Source: Clostridia bacterium | GTDB lineage: Bacteria; Bacillota; Clostridia; UMGS1810 | Assembly: GCA_017629325.1 (NCBI GenBank) | Contig: JAGBXL010000229.1 | Span: forward strand, 1-24,594 | Length of the DNA: 24,594 bases | Reading direction: 5' to 3' | In this document: piece by piece, positions 21,949 to 24,594 of the stretch | Numbering within the stretch: position 1 is the first letter of the stretch | How the letters are laid out: the number at the start of each line of letters is the position of its first letter | The notes under the pieces: model-generated | The model's input: only the letters and a program-made list of their open reading frames with translations | What the model was told of the DNA's origin: nothing | Database searches by the model: none | Translations under genes and position numbers: made by a program

Positions 21949-23805
21949 ATGGCACTTTCAAAACATCAAAAAAGGCTTGGTGCAAGAATTTTTGCAGGCT
22001 CTTGTTTGTTTTTACTCTATTATATAATTTCTTCATTTATAAATATGCCATTTAGTTTAGAGCTTGTTATTTTAAGCACAGCTTATGTTATTCTAGGCTA
22101 TGATGTGTTTTTAAAAGCGGCAAAAAACATAAAGAAAAAAAGAGTGTTTAACGAAAACTTTTTAATGTGTACTGCCACTATTGGTGCCTACATACTGGGT
22201 GATTATACCGAAGCGGTGGCAGTTATGCTCTTTTTTCAGGCAGGCGAGTTTTTTCAGGGCTATGCCACAGATAAAAGCCGCAAATCAATAAAAAATTTAA
22301 TGGATATTTGCCCCGAATATGCCAATATAGAAAAAAATAATGAAATTATTAAGGTTAGCCCCTATGAAGTTGATGTTGGCGATGTAATAACCGTGCTTCC
22401 GGGTGAAAAGGTTTCTCTTGATGGTATTATTGAAGAGGGAACATCTAGTCTAAACATGGCATCACTAACAGGCGAAAGCGTTCCTGTTTGTGTTACCAAG
22501 GGTAGCGAAGTTATGAGTGGAAGCATAAATCTTGATTCTGTTTTAAAAATAAGGGTTACCAAAACCTTTGAAAATTCAACTGTTTCAAAAATCTTAGAGC
22601 TTGTTGAAAATTCGGGCTTTAACAAAGCAAAAAGCGAAAATTTTATCACCCGTTTCTCTAGGGTTTACACTCCATTTGTGGTTATTTGTGCTCTTTTAAC
22701 TGCCTTTGTGCCCCCTCTTTTTTTAGGCGGCTTATCTATATGGTTTAAACGCTCACTGGTATTTTTGGTAATATCATGCCCATGTGCTCTTGTTATTTCT
22801 GTTCCCTTAAGCTTTTTTGCAGCCATTGGCTGTGCTTCTAAACACGGAATACTCATTAAAGGAGCAAACTATCTTGAGCGTATGAGTGAAACAGAATACA
22901 TGGTGTTCGATAAAACAGGCACTCTTACAGAGGGGAAATTTGAAATAGCAAAAATATCTGCCATAAATACCGATGAAAAAAGCTTACTGGAGTTTGCTGC
23001 CGCAGCAGAATTTTACAGTAATCACCCACTGGCACAAGCCATTAAAAATGCTGCCCCTAAAATAGATTTAAAAGATTTGGATAGCTTTGAAAATATTGCA
23101 GGACTTGGTGTTTGTGCTTTATTTAAAGGCAAAAAAATATATGCCGGCTCTGCAAGGCTTATAAAAAATTTAAATTTGTGCCCTGATGAAGTTTCTATGC
23201 CTGGAACAAGCGTGCATATAGCTTATGACACAGAGTATTTAGGCTATATTTTGGTTTCGGACACCATAAAAAAAGATGCCCCACAAACTATTACACAGCT
23301 TAAAAAAATGGGCATTAAAACCTGTATGCTAACAGGCGACAGAAAAGAAAATGCAATTTATATAGGAAAAAAACTTGGAATAGATAAAATATACCATTCA
23401 CTTTTTCCACAGGATAAAGTAGAAAAGCTTACAGATATTATCAGGAAAAAGAAAAGGAAAAACAAAGCCGCCGTATATGTTGGCGACGGAATAAACGATG
23501 CTCCCGTTATTGCTATGGCAGATGTTGGAATTGCAATGGGTGCTCTTGGCTCCGATGCGGCAATAGAGGCAGCCGATATTGTTATAACTGACGATAAGCT
23601 ATATAAAATATGCCTTGCACAGAAAATATCGAAAAAAACAAAGAGAATTGTTACCCAGAATGTTGCTTTTTCTTTGGGTGTTAAATTTGCTGTTATGATA
23701 CTTGGAGTTTTAGGCTATGCAAATTTATGGCTTGCTGTTTTTGCCGATGTGGGAGTGGCTTTTATTGCTATATTAAATGCAATGCGGTCATTTAATATAA
23801 AGTGA
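21949..23805 (+). CDS. cadA: P1B-2 type Zn/Cd/Pb-exporting P-type ATPase lacking an N-terminal metal-binding domain
   Basis: TGES, SCPCAL, DKTGT, SNHPLA, GDGINDAP, TM Lys (VKFAV) and TM Asp (FADVG). Confidence 0.93.
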   Translation: MALSKHQKRLGARIFAGSCLFLLYYIISSFINMPFSLELVILSTAYVILGYDVFLKAAKNIKKKRVFNENFLMCTATIGAYILGDYTEAVAVMLFFQAGEFFQGYATDKSRKSIKNLMDICPEYANIEKNNEIIKVSPYEVDVGDVITVLPGEKVSLDGIIEEGTSSLNMASLTGESVPVCVTKGSEVMSGSINLDSVLKIRVTKTFENSTVSKILELVENSGFNKAKSENFITRFSRVYTPFVVICALLTAFVPPLFLGGLSIWFKRSLVFLVISCPCALVISVPLSFFAAIGCASKHGILIKGANYLERMSETEYMVFDKTGTLTEGKFEIAKISAINTDEKSLLEFAAAAEFYSNHPLAQAIKNAAPKIDLKDLDSFENIAGLGVCALFKGKKIYAGSARLIKNLNLCPDEVSMPGTSVHIAYDTEYLGYILVSDTIKKDAPQTITQLKKMGIKTCMLTGDRKENAIYIGKKLGIDKIYHSLFPQDKVEKLTDIIRKKKRKNKAAVYVGDGINDAPVIAMADVGIAMGALGSDAAIEAADIVITDDKLYKICLAQKISKKTKRIVTQNVAFSLGVKFAVMILGVLGYANLWLAVFADVGVAFIAILNAMRSFNIK

Positions 23806-23841
23806 ATGTAAAAAAAGTCCAGATCGCAAAATGCAGAAATA
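23806..23841 (+). repeat. 36-bp direct repeat, copy 2
   Basis: ATGTAAAAAAAGTCCAGATCGCAAAATGCAGAAATA, starting immediately after the cadA stop. 32/36 identical to 17146-17181. Confidence 0.85.
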
Positions 23842-23885
23842 TAATTGAAAATTTTAAAATTATTGATAAAAGTAATTAAAGAAGC

Positions 23886-24025
23886 AGGGGCTGTAAAAAA
23901 GTCTGTTTCGGAATGTCGGCAAGCGCCATTCCCTACTTTGTGCTGGTATAACTTATTTTAACAGATACCATTTGTAGGGTTCGGCGGTTTCCGACGAACC
24001 GTAATTTCGACTTTTTACAGACCCT
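23886..24025. mobile_element. 140-bp MITE-like element with terminal inverted repeats and a rod-like internal palindrome
   Basis: Left end AGGGGCTGTAAAAAAGTC, right end GACTTTTTACAGACCCT. Nested internal stems GTCGG/CCGAC, CGCC/GGCG, CCCTAC/GTAGGG and TGGTAT/ATACCA. No ORF. Confidence 0.55.
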
Positions 24026-24045
24026 TTTATTTCTACATTTCCTAT

Positions 24046-24594
24046 TTATTCTTCGTTCATTTTTTTGGTAAGTTTCTTTATAGCCTTTTTTTCTATTCGG
24101 GAAACATAGGAACGGGAAATACCCATCATATAGGAAATCTCCTTTTGGGTTAGTGCCTCTGTTCCATAAAGCCCGTAGCGAAGCTCTAAAATTTTTCGTT
24201 CTCTGCCACTTAGAGCATTTTTCATTTCTTTATATAATTCTTTTATTCCAAGCCTTAAATTAACCTCTTCAAACACACTCTCGCCGTCGTTTCCGATGCG
24301 GTCTATAAGAGATAATTCTTTTCCGTCTTTATCTGCTCCCACGGTATCCTGCAACAAAACCTCACTTTGATATTTTTTACCCTGACGAAGTGTCATTAGA
24401 ATTTCGTTTTCTATGCACCTTGCAGAATATGTTGCAAGGCTCACATTTTTTTGGGGGTTATATGAACTGACTGCTTTTATAAGCCCTATTGTGCCTATGG
24501 AAATAATGTCGTCGCTGTCGTAGCCTTTTAAGGTATATTTTTTTGATATGTGTGCAACAAGTCTCAAATTGTGTTCAATAAGCTTATTTTTTGC
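24046..24594 (-). CDS. sigK: Mother-cell sporulation sigma factor sigmaK (3' part; start lies beyond the window)
   Basis: In-frame to the window edge: AKNKLIEHNLRLVAHISKKY, ISIGTIGLIKA, LATYSARCIENEILM, DKDGKELSLID and TQKEIS..MGISRSYVSRIEKKA. LVAHI and DKxGxE are sigmaK-like rather than sigmaE-like. Confidence 0.9.
   Translation of the reverse strand, partial: AKNKLIEHNLRLVAHISKKYTLKGYDSDDIISIGTIGLIKAVSSYNPQKNVSLATYSARCIENEILMTLRQGKKYQSEVLLQDTVGADKDGKELSLIDRIGNDGESVFEEVNLRLGIKELYKEMKNALSGRERKILELRYGLYGTEALTQKEISYMMGISRSYVSRIEKKAIKKLTKKMNEE

Noticed and set aside
17146-23841. CRISPR interpretation of the 36-bp repeat
   Set aside because: The length is CRISPR-like, but there are only two copies 6.6 kb apart, with no spacer array and no cas genes.

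Overview
AT-rich chromosomal window from a spore-forming, SLH-encoding member of the Clostridia (inferred from sigK, an alpha/beta SASP, a SpoVD/FtsI-type PBP and an SLH protein). Bases 1-17140 are mostly housekeeping. The minus strand carries yebC-murA-yycJ-like MBL hydrolase, rny-ymdB-orphan family-5 SBP and the dcw start mraZ-rsmH-ftsL-pbp-murE. These are followed by a tandem-OB SSB-like gene, SASP, DUF624-rnhA, alr and acpP-rnc. Bases ~17146-23841 form a divergent metal-homeostasis cassette: a Fur-family regulator with a ZnuABC-type importer, an SLH-only protein, and ArsR/SmtB + stand-alone HMA + CadA-type exporter. The cassette is bracketed by a 36-bp direct repeat (32/36 identical) and by related palindromic elements. 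The window ends inside sigK. The best leads are (1) the repeat-bounded metal cassette and its palindrome family, (2) a switch-like leader plus uORF upstream of rny, (3) a sigmaH-like promoter and structured leader upstream of the double-OB SSB, and (4) a non-canonical ligand set in the metal SBP. All gene calls come from motif recognition by eye, and all structures were paired by hand. No database search or folding program was run. No tRNA, rRNA, CRISPR array, integrase or transposase was seen.
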